Assembly (NCBI RefSeq): GCF_006345805.1
Contig: NC_043004.1
Location: 103,602,001 to 103,666,000 of the forward strand
Direction: 5' to 3'
Length of the DNA stretch: 64,000 bases
DNA from: Octopus sinensis
Lineage: Eukaryota
Below the pieces are notes generated by a model, which worked only from the letters and a program-made list of their open reading frames with translations, did no database searches and was not told where the DNA came from. Below are positions 25,229 to 37,891 of the stretch, in pieces. Position 1 is the first letter of the stretch. Each line of letters starts with the position of its first letter. Position numbers and translations under genes: made by a program.

Positions 25229-25600
25229 AGGCACAGGAGTGGCTGTGTGGTAAGTAACTTACGTACCAACCACATGGTCCCACTACGTGGCACCTTGGGC
25301 AAGTTTCTTCTATTATAGCCTTGGGTTGACCAAAGCCTTGTGAGTGGATTTGGTAGGTGGAGACTGAAAGAAGCCCATCATATATGTATGTATGTGTTTG
25401 TGTGTCTGTTCTTTGTCCCACCCCACCATCACTTGACAACCGATGCTGGTGTGCTTACGTCCCCATAACTGAGCAGTTCGGCAAAAGTGACCGATAAAAT
25501 AGATACTAGGCTTACAAAGAATAAGTCTTTGGGTCGATTTGTTCAACTAAAGGCAGTGCTCCAGCATGGCTGTCAAATGACTGAAACAGATAAAATAGAA
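25229..25600 (+). mobile_element. SINE family A (diverged)
   Basis: Head GGCACAGGAGTGGCTGTGTGG through tail AAATGACTGAAACAG. Confidence 0.82.
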
Positions 25601-25709
25601 GGATACTTCTATCAGGTCAAGCAACCCTCATATATATTCTCTTATTCTTTTACTTGTTTCAGTCATTTGACTGTGGCCATGCTGGGGCACCATCTTGAAG
25701 GGTTTAGTT

Positions 25710-26031
25710 CAGGGTTTCTCAACTATTTCTTATCTATGGACCCCTTCAATTACTATTTTATTCTGGTGGACCCCTATAGCCATTTGCTGTTTAAAAACTA
25801 GTTTTATAGAAACTTCTTTCAAAATTCCTATTCTATTTTTCACAAATTAACTTGTGTAGGTTGAACTATGTAAAATGTTAGAGAAAGAAACTTTTCTGTT
25901 TCTTGCAATACATACATCTAGCGCAAAAATTTTTTCTGGGGTCCTTAAAATACAACTGTGGGTCCCCAATTTGCTAATTTGCTTGTGTGGACCCCGAAAA
26001 ATCTTATATGGACCCTGGTTGAGAACTACTG
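25710..26031. mobile_element. hAT (Charlie-like) MITE inserted in a minus-strand SINE
   Basis: TIRs CAGGGTTTCTCAAC / GTTGAGAACTACTG; perfect 8-bp TSD GTTTAGTT at 25702-25709 and 26032-26039. Confidence 0.9.
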
Positions 26032-26495
26032 GTTTAGTTGAACAAATCGAGCCCAGGACTTTTTTTTTAAGCCTAATATTCTATCGGTCTCTTTGCCAAA
26101 CTGTTAAGTTACAGGGATGTAAACAAACCAACAACGATTGTCAAATGGTGGTGGGAGACAAAGACACACATGCACACACAAATATATATACATGCATACA
26201 CATACAACGGGGTTTCTTTCAGTTTTTATCTACCAAATCCACTCAGGGCTTTGATCAGCTCCAGGCTATAGTAGAAACGACTTGCTTCTTGCCACACAAC
26301 CATGCTTGTGTCTATATATACGTAATATATGTATGTGTATATATACATACACACACACATTAATATTGAAAAGTGAGAATGAATACTCAACACCGCATTG
26401 CTGGATAAATATTCTTTGAGTGAAGCATATATACATATATATATAAAAGGCGGTGCTCCAGCATGGCCGCAGTCAAATGACTGAAACAAATAAGA

Positions 26496-26570
<75 letters not shown>

Positions 26571-29499
26571 TATACAGGGCATCTCATAATAATGGGGCAC
26601 ATTTTATTTGTCATTTATGAGGGTGTGAGTACTTACCAATTCTTGTTCCACTCCTAGTTACTTGTATTTAAAGTGTGTCCCTTCATTATGAGTGTGTGTG
26701 TGTTTATATATGTATGTATGTGTGTTGTATCTTCTGTACAAATAGATGTGTGGCTGCTAATGTTAGATTTAGAGCACCACATAGCTCATCACACTCCCGT
26801 CTGCTTCCTGTGTAGTGGTTAAGCATCTGCTATACTTAGTAGTGTTACTAGTTATGATGATATACAGAGCAAGTGTAATAGAAATTACTATAAACACAAG
26901 TTTATATAGTTGGTTCCTACACATGTTTCACCATTGTGGTTGGTTTTGAACTCTGCATTGGATGTGCCAAGTGCAACTGGATGCTTAATCACAATGGATC
27001 ATCATATAAATGCAAATATAATTCTCTTTCTCTCTCTACTGATTTCCACATTCTATGCTTGAGTAGTTTCTTCACAGGACCTGAATTATGAGTTCATTTA
27101 AGACCTCAGATTGAATCAAGTGTGAATGTACACACCCCCAAGGTGTTTTTCTTTTTTCATTTTATTATTTTGGCAGTTACAGGCAACAGTGGTCCTTGTC
27201 ATAATTACATATTCTGTAAAGATTAAAGAGCTTTGATCTACGTTGAAGCATATAATTGGTTATTTAGATTTATCTTTGATATCTAACCTATCTAACAAAA
27301 CTCTGAGTTCAACTACTATCATTTTTTTTTCACTTAATAAAAAGCAAAGTGTTTTAGTGTCTTGATAAATATAACTACTATTTCTTAGTCTTGATTGGTT
27401 AGCTTCCTCTCACTTATAATGTCATTGCACTCTGACTAAAACAAAAGCAAGTATTTCTACAGTATAAGTCTGAGGGGAATTGGACAGGATTGAATTTCTT
27501 TTCTTTCTCTTTTTTTGGTCAGGAATGTGATTATGACAATGATGTGATACAATGTTAAAATAACATTTTCTCAAGTCCACAAGGAGCAGTATAATGAATT
27601 AACTTGATCATAGTATATAGCTGGTACTGGTTTTCATCATTATCAGTGTTATGTCCACTTTTCTACAGTATTGGTTAAACAGGAATTTTTGAGATTGCTT
27701 TGTAGTTGGATGTCCTTTCTAAGGCTAAACCTTTTCGTTGTCCCATTATATGCAAGGATATGGTAACCCTTATCTAAAAACTTGGACACAAGGACATATG
27801 TTATCAAGTCTAAACAGATGGACAGCTCACTGCTAATCAATCATTAAGATGTTGGCCTACTGCTGAAAGGGTCAAAAGTTTGTACCCTGTTTCTAGTACT
27901 TATGCTCTCTTTGCCTACTCACAGTAGCTCAGTTCATCACCATCCTTGTTGAATGCCCTGTTTCCCCTGCCGGCATGGGCTGCATTGTATGACAGAAACC
28001 AATAAGCCAGAGGACTTCCCTGAGCAACATCTGTTTTGGCATGATTTTTTTTACAGCTGTATGCCCTTCATGAGTTCAACCACTTTACAAAATGTTCCAA
28101 GCTGTTTTTTTGGTGGCATCAGCACTAGTGAAGTCACCAAGTACTCACAAGACAAGACTCCTCAACTGAGTGGGGTATAATATTGAAGAATGCAAAAGTA
28201 TGGTGGGACAGGACCAAGCATCTTGCTGAAGAAGAGAATACATGGATTCTATATTCTGTTTTCTGTAGAGCATCAATAGTTGAAGCTGAAGTATCTATGG
28301 GCCCTGAACAGAAGGGCCAGTCATTGGAATGTAGTCCTTATCTTAAGGAAGTGCTTTCTCTTAGAGTTCCTTGGTGGTGATAGAACCCAACAGTTGGACA
28401 GATTTTTGAATGCTGCTCATGATTGAGTGAGAGGAGGTGTAACGATGTTTTCTTGATATAGTGTTTGTGTTTTCAGCCAGGGCTGTGTGGTAAGACACTT
28501 GCTTCCCAACCACATGGTTCTGGGATCAGTCCCTCTACATGGTACCCTGAACAATTGTCTTCTATAGTCTTAAGCTGACCAATGCCTTGTGGGTGAATTT
28601 AGTAGATAGAAACTGAAAAATGCCCATTATATATGTGTGAGAGTATGTTTATCTTTCGGAATGGTCATTCCGAAGTATAACAATATCTGTTTCAACACAT
28701 GACTTCACATAAAAAATCTTGCACAACAAATATATTATGTTTATCATTATGTTTGTCTCTCACCATTTGACAACCAGTGATTGCTTATATCCCTGTAACT
28801 TAGCAGTCGGCACACGAGACTGATAGAATGTGTCCTGGGGTAAATTTGTTCAACTGAAACCCTTCAAAGTGTTTGCCCCAATATGGGTGCAGTCCAGTAA
28901 CTGAAACAAGTAAAAGGTAACAGATAGTTCTGGATCCCCTTGATTTGATTAAAGCAGTGGATCATCATAGAGTTTATAAAGAAAGTCCTTGTATATAAGC
29001 GCTTGACACAACTGGGTTGCAACAATATTGTACACTTCATGTGGCACGTTTTGATTTATTACTCAATATTTACAAATATATTATGAAGATCTGGATGTTT
29101 ATATCTTTGATGTATTATTAAACTTTCATAATATTTTGCAGTCATAATTTTTATAAGTATCAAGTGGGCATGTGAGTGTATAAATTGTAATGTCAACATA
29201 GTTTTTAATTTTGTTTTGTGTTTCTTGGTTTGAAGTGAAGACTGTTTTATTTTAACTTTTTTTTAAAGCGTCCTTTGTTTGATCATGGTTGTTGGCGACT
29301 TCAATTATGCTAAAGACTTGTTTTATTTTCATGTTGCTTTCATTTATTTCTTGATTTATTTTATTGTTGCTGGAAATTTTGAATTTCTAAATTTTTTTTT
29401 GTTTGTTTCAGTTTATTTTTAGCATGTAATTGTCACTTTTGAATGTATGATGAAATGAAAAGCAAATAAAAGGAAAACAACCCTGTTTTTAACATGGTT

Positions 29500-29554
<55 letters not shown>

Positions 29555-30576
29555 TGTTTCAATCTGATCCTTGTGTCCAATGGATGAGATTAGTGGAAGT
29601 TAATCTGGAAGTGGAGGTTAGTGTGTTTTAAGGGGATGTTTCATTGAGAAGCTGTTCAAAGACCGAGCAAAATGTGTACAGGATTAAGGGAGCATTTGAT
29701 AGAGTCCAGGCAGTGTGAAGAGCCATAAAAATATGGTGACAATGTCTCTGAAATACAACTCACCCCCTTAATCTCCGAGTTCAGCAGAGCATTCACTAAA
29801 TTAACATTGAAATGTAATTGTCTTGCTAAAGGTTCAATGTTCAGTGAAATATCTGCGTTCGGGGCTCTTACTGTACAGAAGCAAATCCATGGGAAAACAT
29901 GCATGATTGAACATGCAATCATGCATGCTGTCACGCAGTCTCGTGTTCTTGTTCGCATACATATTCATCCACATGTACTTGGTGTGCGGATGTGTACTCA
30001 CTTTCATGCTCTTTAGCTCCTGTGTGAATTTACACTTTTTTCACTCTCTCCTCTCTCTCACTATCCGACATTTTTTTAATTTTTGTTTTCCAGCTCTCCC
30101 CCCTTTCATTCTCTCTCTCTCTCCTTCGCTCATGCAGGCATACTTACTCTCCACTCTCACTTTTTCATTTTCACATCCTTTCTGTCTTCGATGCATACAT
30201 TGTTTTTTGTTTTTTTTTCTTTCTTTCTATTTCATCTATGCACTCGTGTGTGTCCTGCCTTGTGTTTTATTTACTCCCTCTTACTTGTGTTCTGGCTGTC
30301 TCATATTTGCACACCGTCTCATTCTCTCCCTCATTCCCTTCTGCGTCTGCATATTACAGCTTCATATCCAAATTGGAGGCCTTTTTTTTTTTTTCTATCG
30401 GGTCCCTTGTTTGGAATCTTGTGAGATTAAATACTACTACTACTACACACACTATGTATTATATATATATCTTGTATCTTCCATAGTCTGGCAACATCTC
30501 TTTAGGACTATTTGTTTCTCTTCCATCATTTAGCATTAAATAGATACTTGAAAAAAATTACCATGAAATTACCACA

Positions 30577-30972
30577 GGCGCAGGAGTGGCTGTGTGGTAA
30601 GTAGCTTGCTAACCAACCACATGGTCCCGGGTTCAGTCCCACTGCGTGGCATCTTGGGCAAGTGTCTTCTGCCATAGCCCTGGGCTGACCAATGCCTTGT
30701 GAGTGGATTTGGTAGACGGAAACTGAAAGAAGCCTGTCGTATATATGTATATATATATGTGTTTGTGTCTCTGTGTTTGTCCCCCTAGCATTGCTTGACA
30801 ACCGATGCTGGTGTGTTTACGTCCCTGTCACTTAGCGGTTCGGCAAAAAGAGACCGATAGAATAAGTGCTGGGCTTACAAAGAATAAATTCCGGGGTCGA
30901 TTTGCTCGACTAAAGGCGGTGCTCCAGCATGGCCGCAGTCAAATGACTGAAACAAGTAAGAGTAAAAAGAGT
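30577..30972 (+). mobile_element. Full-length SINE family A
   Basis: Near-identical to 1661-2058. Confidence 0.9.
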
Positions 30973-31401
30973 ATGAACCAACAGGTTTTTTTTTTTTTTT
31001 GTGTTTTAATCTAAAGAAATACATATTTTATTGAGGAGATAAATGTTGCAGAGATACAGTAGCTTATTAAGAGGTTTATAAAGTGTAATTAATTTAAAGG
31101 GTGAAGCATTGAATGCCTTATGCAAATGTTTTTTACATTGAAATTTTCCCCCTTTGTTGGAGAAAACTAAAATAATCTAGCAGCAGAAAGGAGGAAGATA
31201 GTTTTGAGGATTTAATTATTTTTCAGATTTTCAACTGAATTTATTTGCTTAGAGAAAGGACAGTCTGATCTGTGTAAACATGGGACAGCTATGACTTATG
31301 ATATCATCTTTTAAGCCTCGTCAGTATAGTACAGTCTAACCAAGTTTGATTTTGCTACCACTTGGTTTTGGGTTTCATGTCATTGTGCTGCACCTTGGGG
31401 A

Positions 31402-31630
31402 GGCGTGTGGCTTAGTGGTTAGGGCATTGGACCCACGAGCATAAGATTGTGGTTTCTATTCTTGGACTGGGCGATGCGTTGTGTTCTTGAGCAAAACACT
31501 TCATTTCACGTTGCTTCAGTCCACTCAGCTGGCAAAAATGAGTAATCCTGTGACAGACTCTTGTCCCGTCCAGGTAGGGAATAAATACACCTTGGCAACA
31601 GGGAAACCGGCCATAAAGAGTCAGTATGAC
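31402..31630 (+). mobile_element. tRNA-derived SINE family C nested in an old family-A-like SINE
   Basis: Head GGCGTGTGGCTTAGTGGTTAGGGC. The host SINE breaks at CACCTTGG (about 31398) and resumes at about 31640. Confidence 0.7.
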
Positions 31631-32139
31631 TCAAGAAGGTCCTTTTTTTTCTTTACCTTAGTCAAGCCAGTTGTGAATTTGGTAGATTGGAAACTGTGCT
31701 GAAGCTCATCGCATATGTGTGTCATTGTGTTTGTTTATCGCTTCTCCACCACTTGACAGCTGATGTTGTTTCGTTTACATCACTGTAACTTAGTGTTTCA
31801 GCAAAAGAGATTGATGGAATAATCGCCAAACTTAAAAAAATAATCAGATTGATTAGTTTGAAACCCTTCAAAGCAGTGCCCCCATATGGCTGCAGTTTAA
31901 GTAATGGATAAAATATATACAAAATAGTTATGAATACCTTGAATGATGATAATAATAATAATAATCCTTTTTAATATAGACATTAGGTCTGAAATTTTGT
32001 GAGCGGAAGTTGATTATAAGGTCCCCAGTTTTTCACTGGTACTTATTTCATTAACCCTGAAAGAATGAAAGGTAAGGTCACTGCCAGCTTCCACCTTAAA
32101 TGATGATGATTTTTATAATAATAATAATAATGATAATAA

Positions 32140-32495
32140 TAAGAGCACTCAGAGATCACAAACCTCCGCCAAAGCAACACCAACATCCTCTCAACTATTA
32201 GCCAGAGATGATTTTTAAAATGAGAATATCTGGAATAAACTTGACTGCTCTCACAAATGAGAATACTAAAAAGGAACCTGACCACTCTCAAAAATTAAGT
32301 AAAAAAACAGGAAAAATAATCCAGAATCCTTGTCCAGTACCAGATTGATCCGAAAATCTAATCATTTCATGCTAGTCATGAGGCCAAACATCTGAAAGTT
32401 TCACCCAAATCCATCCAGCGATTCTTGAGATATCTTTCCATGGACAAACAAACAAACACGACTGAAAACAATACCCCTGCCTTCACTGAGGCGGA

Positions 32496-32500
<5 letters not shown>
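32140..32500. mobile_element. Helentron-associated (HINE/DINE-1-like) non-autonomous element
   Basis: Sub-terminal inverted repeats ACCTCCGCC (32162-32170) / GGCGGAGGT (32490-32498), short (CAAA)n near the end, inserted in (TAA)n. Confidence 0.65.
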
Positions 32501-32529
<29 letters not shown>

Positions 32530-33110
32530 TATTCACCACTGAGGGTTCACAAGAATGTTACAACTCAATACAATGTGGGCTTACATAAAGAAGCATATAA
32601 AAAGTAGTAAAACAATATAAATTCTAACTGAAAATGGTTCTCTAAGAGAGGGAGACTGCCAGGGGTTGCTTGTGAAAACCCCACAAAACCACAATTGCCC
32701 TGGCCACTTGGGTAAGTGCCCCTTCCACATCTTCCTTCAATCTACAGGGACATGCTTACAGCACACCTGTTTACTTGGACCATTCTTGTCGCATTCACCC
32801 TCCTTTCAATGAAATTGCTGGGAGACAGCACTTACCCTCTCTACTCTCATTTTCCTTTCAAGTGAAACTTTTTCAAGTTGATGAGAAATGTGTCTGTATT
32901 CAGCCCTTTCAATCTGGTCTGCTACACAACCTCTTTCACTGAGACTACCAGACAAATGAACACCACCTGCCCTCCACAGCGAAAGGAAGGAGGCATGACC
33001 ATCTTCATAATGAACTTAGCTGATAGACAGATCCATTCTACACGTGATAGCAAGTGTTTTGACATAAACTCACAAGTCAGCAATACTCTGGCACTGGACG
33101 AGATCATGTG
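32500..33110 (-). pseudogene. L1/Tx1-like LINE 3' fragment
   Basis: Minus strand reads HDLVQC..(frameshift)..ICLVVSVKEVV*QTRLKG, resembling the zf-RVT end and downstream W..R motif. It ends in AATAAA followed by (TAT)n. Confidence 0.6.
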
Positions 33111-34751
33111 AAACAGTTATAAGAATGATATGCTCACCATATCTAAAAAGGGGAGCCTTACAAACCAACTGGGGGAGCTTCTATGTGGTTGCTCAACCTG
33201 TTATAAATAGTCTATAAATCTCCCCTCAAACCAAATTCTACCACCTTAAAAAAAAAGGACACAAAGAATAGTGTAGTCTTTGATACTCATAAAAGAAATA
33301 GAAAGATCTCAACTGGAACAGTATCGGTCATTAGACCTGGTGGATCAAGGCTGACCTAGTGCTAAACACCAACAGAGGAACGTTACTGTTTTTCTTTTCT
33401 TTTACTTGTTTTAGAGTGTAAAAAGAAATAATGAAGAGGTAGAATATGGTGATTTGAACCAGGAATGTTTTAAGAGCCAATGTAAGAAGAAGATTGGTTG
33501 TAGACCGAGTTTCTTTTGTTAAGTAACTGGTTTAATGAGTGGAAAATTATATAGTTGCTGGTTACTCTGCTCTGGATAGCTGATTACTGACCTTTGCTGA
33601 TCTTTTCATACATTAACACACTTTTTTTTCATTCACACTGGACATTATCATACTCCTGACTTGGAGGTGGGGTGGGGTGGCGGCTAGAGAGTAAATTGGA
33701 TAGACTTGGCTCGTTTTTCTTTTGTCATTCTTGTATTCTTTGATCTTCCCAACTCTCGTCTATTGTATAATAAACATTTTACTCTGAGCCAGTGATGTAG
33801 CTTCTTGCTAGAAACAGCAGTCAAATCTCCCTCAGATTACTCCCTATCATTTTAAAATGTGTTGTCCTTGGGATATTAACAAGGTGGAAGAGTTTTTATG
33901 GAATACTTTCGATCTTAAGTGTGCTGGACAAGGGGCATTTAAACTGGCCATATCCAGCCCAAGTATTCTACTTGATCTATGTTCAAACTGGCCAGATTTG
34001 GCCACTCACACCCACACCTTCCCTATAATGTCCATTCTAAAAAGTCAACAGTTCCATCATTGAAATCTCAAAGCTAGGAAATAATGCAGGATTAATTCAA
34101 AACAATGTGAATATATAAGTAATCATTACATTTGACTGTACCATTGAGTGCTGAAGGAATAAACAAGCAACATTTTACTCAGCTCTCTCTCTCTCTCCTG
34201 CTCACACATTTTGAGCAAAAACATATTTATCTGGATTTAGCCTTTTTAGTTGTAGTCAAGAAAGAGCCATCAAGAAAGTTACTAACAATCGACCATTTTT
34301 TTCCCTCTTTTTATCTTATTTTTTCCCGTTTTATGTTAATTTTTTCCCATACTATTTTTCCCATTATAAAGGTGGTGCTCCAGCATGGCCACAGTCAAAT
34401 GACTGAAACAAGTAAAAGAGTAAAAAGAGTATACTGTCATGAGTGGGCTGATTTTCTTTAGAGCCATTTAAAGTTCCAACTTGTTGTTTATCCCGGGTCA
34501 GCTCTGTCCAAATGTCTTGGTATTCTTTGCCGATCTATTGTTCATAGTTGAGAACCACACAGTATCCTCTGAATTAAACAATATACATGATAGAGCTGTC
34601 CTTTCTCTTAATTTCTGTGTTAATTGGTGAGCTGTGCTACAGAACACCAATGCAGTGGCAAGGGAAAGCTAATATTTTTAGATATATCCACCGGACAGTA
34701 GAGCCAGCCTATCGCGTGATGTGTCTTTGAACAGTCTTTGTGTGGTGTGAC

Positions 34752-35180
34752 AGTGTGTGTGTGTGTGTGTCTGTCTGCTTTGCTCTATCTATCTATCTTG
34801 GTCTGTGTATGTGTCAGCCTGTCTGTCTGCTTGTCCATGTGTCTACTAGTCTGTTCATTTATGCACTGATGTCTGCCTCAGTCCATGGATGTGTATGTGT
34901 GTTTGTCTCAGTTAATGCATATGATTGTGTCTGTCTGTGCACTTGTATGCTGGAGTGCACACATACACATTTGCATGTGCACTTGCATCAGTACATGTAT
35001 CTGCATGCAAGTCTGGGTGCCATATATGGATATGGGTGTATTTACACATGTGCACACATGCATGTGTGTGTGTGCATGCCAGTGCTAATAGCTGGCTATG
35101 TTCCTTTCTACCAGTGGATGCATATTTCCAGCTTAGCTTATCTAAATATGTGTGCGTGTTTGTATATACGTACATGTGTA
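34752..35180. repeat. Degenerate TG/TCTG/TGCA low-complexity tract
   Basis: Seen directly in the sequence. Confidence 0.7.
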
Positions 35181-35385
35181 AATTTGATCTTGTCATCAGT
35201 AAAGGCTTTCTCCACTCCTCGGATGAACTTTTGTAATCTTTTCAACTCTGTGTTTGTTTGTGTGCCTGTGTATTTTAGTTATAATACAACATTAAACACT
35301 CCCATTTCGAAAAAATATATATATTTGTGTCTATATGTGTAAATCTGCATATGTATGCACACACATTGTGTGCATATTATATATT

Positions 35386-35425
<40 letters not shown>

Positions 35426-35456
35426 GGAAATATGCAAATATATATATATAAATTAT

Positions 35457-35510
<54 letters not shown>

Positions 35511-36974
35511 TTATAATAATTTTCTTAAGGTTTTCATGTCATTTTAAATGCAAGTTGATAAACCGTGTCACTTAAGCAGTGTCTCATCCAAGAAATCCCC
35601 ACATGGGTTTCAGAACTTGGTCTTTCAACAATACCTCCATTTCTACACAATACGTAAGATCTGAATTTCATTGCCTAACTCTAGAATCTATTTTCGGTGA
35701 TGTTTTTTTTTTTATTTTCTTGTTTCTATTTTTTTTTTATATATTTATTGATAACTTTAGCAGCACAGCAGCTTCCATTTAAAAGTGACTTGAGGCGGCA
35801 AAACACATTACTTTGTTATGAGTTAATTGTCTTGATAGCTTCCATGTTGGATTGCATTTAGTGTAACTTTAGCCGAGGATGTCTTTAATAACAGCCTAAT
35901 TAAGTCTCTGCGTCTTTCTAAAGGTTTTTCACTGTAATGCTAGCTGCCTGTGAATCCGATCACAAAGAGTTCAGTTACCACTGTAACCAGCTTCCATATC
36001 CCTTCCACCTTCAGGCAGTTGCATCCTGTTTCTCTTTCGTACACATACAATAGATCCATACACAAACATACGCAAAACAGTGGAATTTACATTTGGTTAA
36101 AATGATTAAGAGAGTGAGTAAGAATAAAGTAAAACTTCAAAGGAAAGGCATTGACTTTTGGGGTGATTCCATGAACTAAAGGCAGAGTGAAAGGTTAAAT
36201 CTTGTGCGATGAGATTGAAGGAGGTCACACTTGTGTGTTTGTTGGTGGGGTAAGCATGTAGGTAGGATGGTGGGATATGTAAGGGTGCCATGCTTGTGTT
36301 GGTATATTTAAGACTGTCATATGTGTATATTAAAATGATTAAGAAGCCATGCTTGTGTAAGGAAAGTTTAAATGATCTGTGATTATGAGAGTTTAGGGGA
36401 TTCTCTATGGATGTAGAAAATTGAATGAATTATTTCATTTTAAGAGTTCTTTGTTTCTGTCGAGCTAATGACGAGGAATAAGGCTGCTACAGTTAGCAGC
36501 TGAACTTTCCCCAACTCAGAAGAGTTTTAAAGAGTAGTATACATTAGGTTTGATGGACATTACCTTAAAAAAAGAAAAAAAAAGTAAGTTTAAAATGGTT
36601 GAAATGTCTTTAACCACGAATCTATTGGATAAAGGATTTCCTGAACTACAGTGGCCAATAATAGACTTGTATGGGTTAGATATGTCTACTAAGGTACATT
36701 GATGACTACATTGTTGTTTGGTTATTTAGCCACAGGTCAGATTCGACAGTTTGATCAGCCTTCTTCCAATCAAACCATTTCCTCTTTTGTTTAGGTACAG
36801 TATATCTAGGGCTACATTATTCAGTGTGTTTTTCTAGTCTTACTATAATGGGATTTGAAGGAATATTGGAACCATAATACAGTGTGTTCAGTACTCTCAG
36901 TAAAACGGTAGGTGTTAGGAAAGTCATTCAGTTGTAGAAACCATGCAAAAAAAAAAAAGGAAATTTTTTTTAAG

Positions 36975-37860
36975 GTTTCAAATTTTGGCACAAGGCTATC
37001 AATTTTAAGGGCAGTGGGTTAATTGATACCATTGACCACAGTACTTGACTGGTGCTTTATTTTATTGACCCTAGAGGGATGGAAGGCCAAGTTGACCCTG
37101 GTCGAATTTGATCAATAAATGTAAAAAGCTGAAAGAAATTCTGTGTAGCACCACCCCTCCCCCGCAAAATCTTTTAGGGATTCTGCCAACTTATTTATTG
37201 CCTTTGGTAATTTACTAATGTAGACAAGGCCAGCAATTAACAGGATAGATTTCTAGTTGATCCCATCGACCCCAGTACATGGCTGGTATATTATTTTATT
37301 GGTCCTTAAAAGATGAAAGGCAAAATTGATGGTTGTGGGATTTTAACTTAGAATGTAGGAAGCCAAAATAAATACCACAAGGCTTTTTGCCTCAAGCTGT
37401 CATGATTCTGCCTATCTATAATAATAATAATCCTTTCTACTAAAGGCACAAGGCCTGAAATTTGGGGGTAGGGGACTAGCCAATTACATCAATCCCAGTA
37501 TTCCATTGGTACATAATTTATCAACCCTGAAAGGATCGACCTTGGCAGAGTTTGAACTCAGAATGTAAAGACAGACAAAATACCACTAAGCATTTTGTCT
37601 GTCATGCTATCGATTCTGTCACCTTACTGCCTTAATAATAATAATAATCCTTTCTACTTTAGGCACAAGGCCTGAAAATTTGGGGGAATGAGCTAGTCAA
37701 TTAGATCAACCCCAGTACTCAACTGGTACTTAATTTATTGACCCTGAAAGGATGAAAGGCAAAGTCAACCTCGGCAGAATTTGAAATCAGAATGCAAAGA
37801 TTGATGAAATACTGCTAAGCATTTTACCCAGTGTGCTAATGATTCTGCCAGCTTGTTGCC

Positions 37861-37890
<30 letters not shown>
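36975..37890 (-). mobile_element. Head-to-tail cluster of about four SINE family B copies
   Basis: The core GGATGAAAGGCAAAGTCGACC..TTTGAACTCAGAA recurs about every 210-240 bp; the later copies are separated by (TAA)n. Confidence 0.8.

Positions 37891-37891
<1 letters not shown>

Noticed and set aside
29880-29950. Possible pre-miRNA hairpin
   Set aside because: Only 12 contiguous base pairs with poor extension. No conserved mature miRNA was recognised here or elsewhere by eye.
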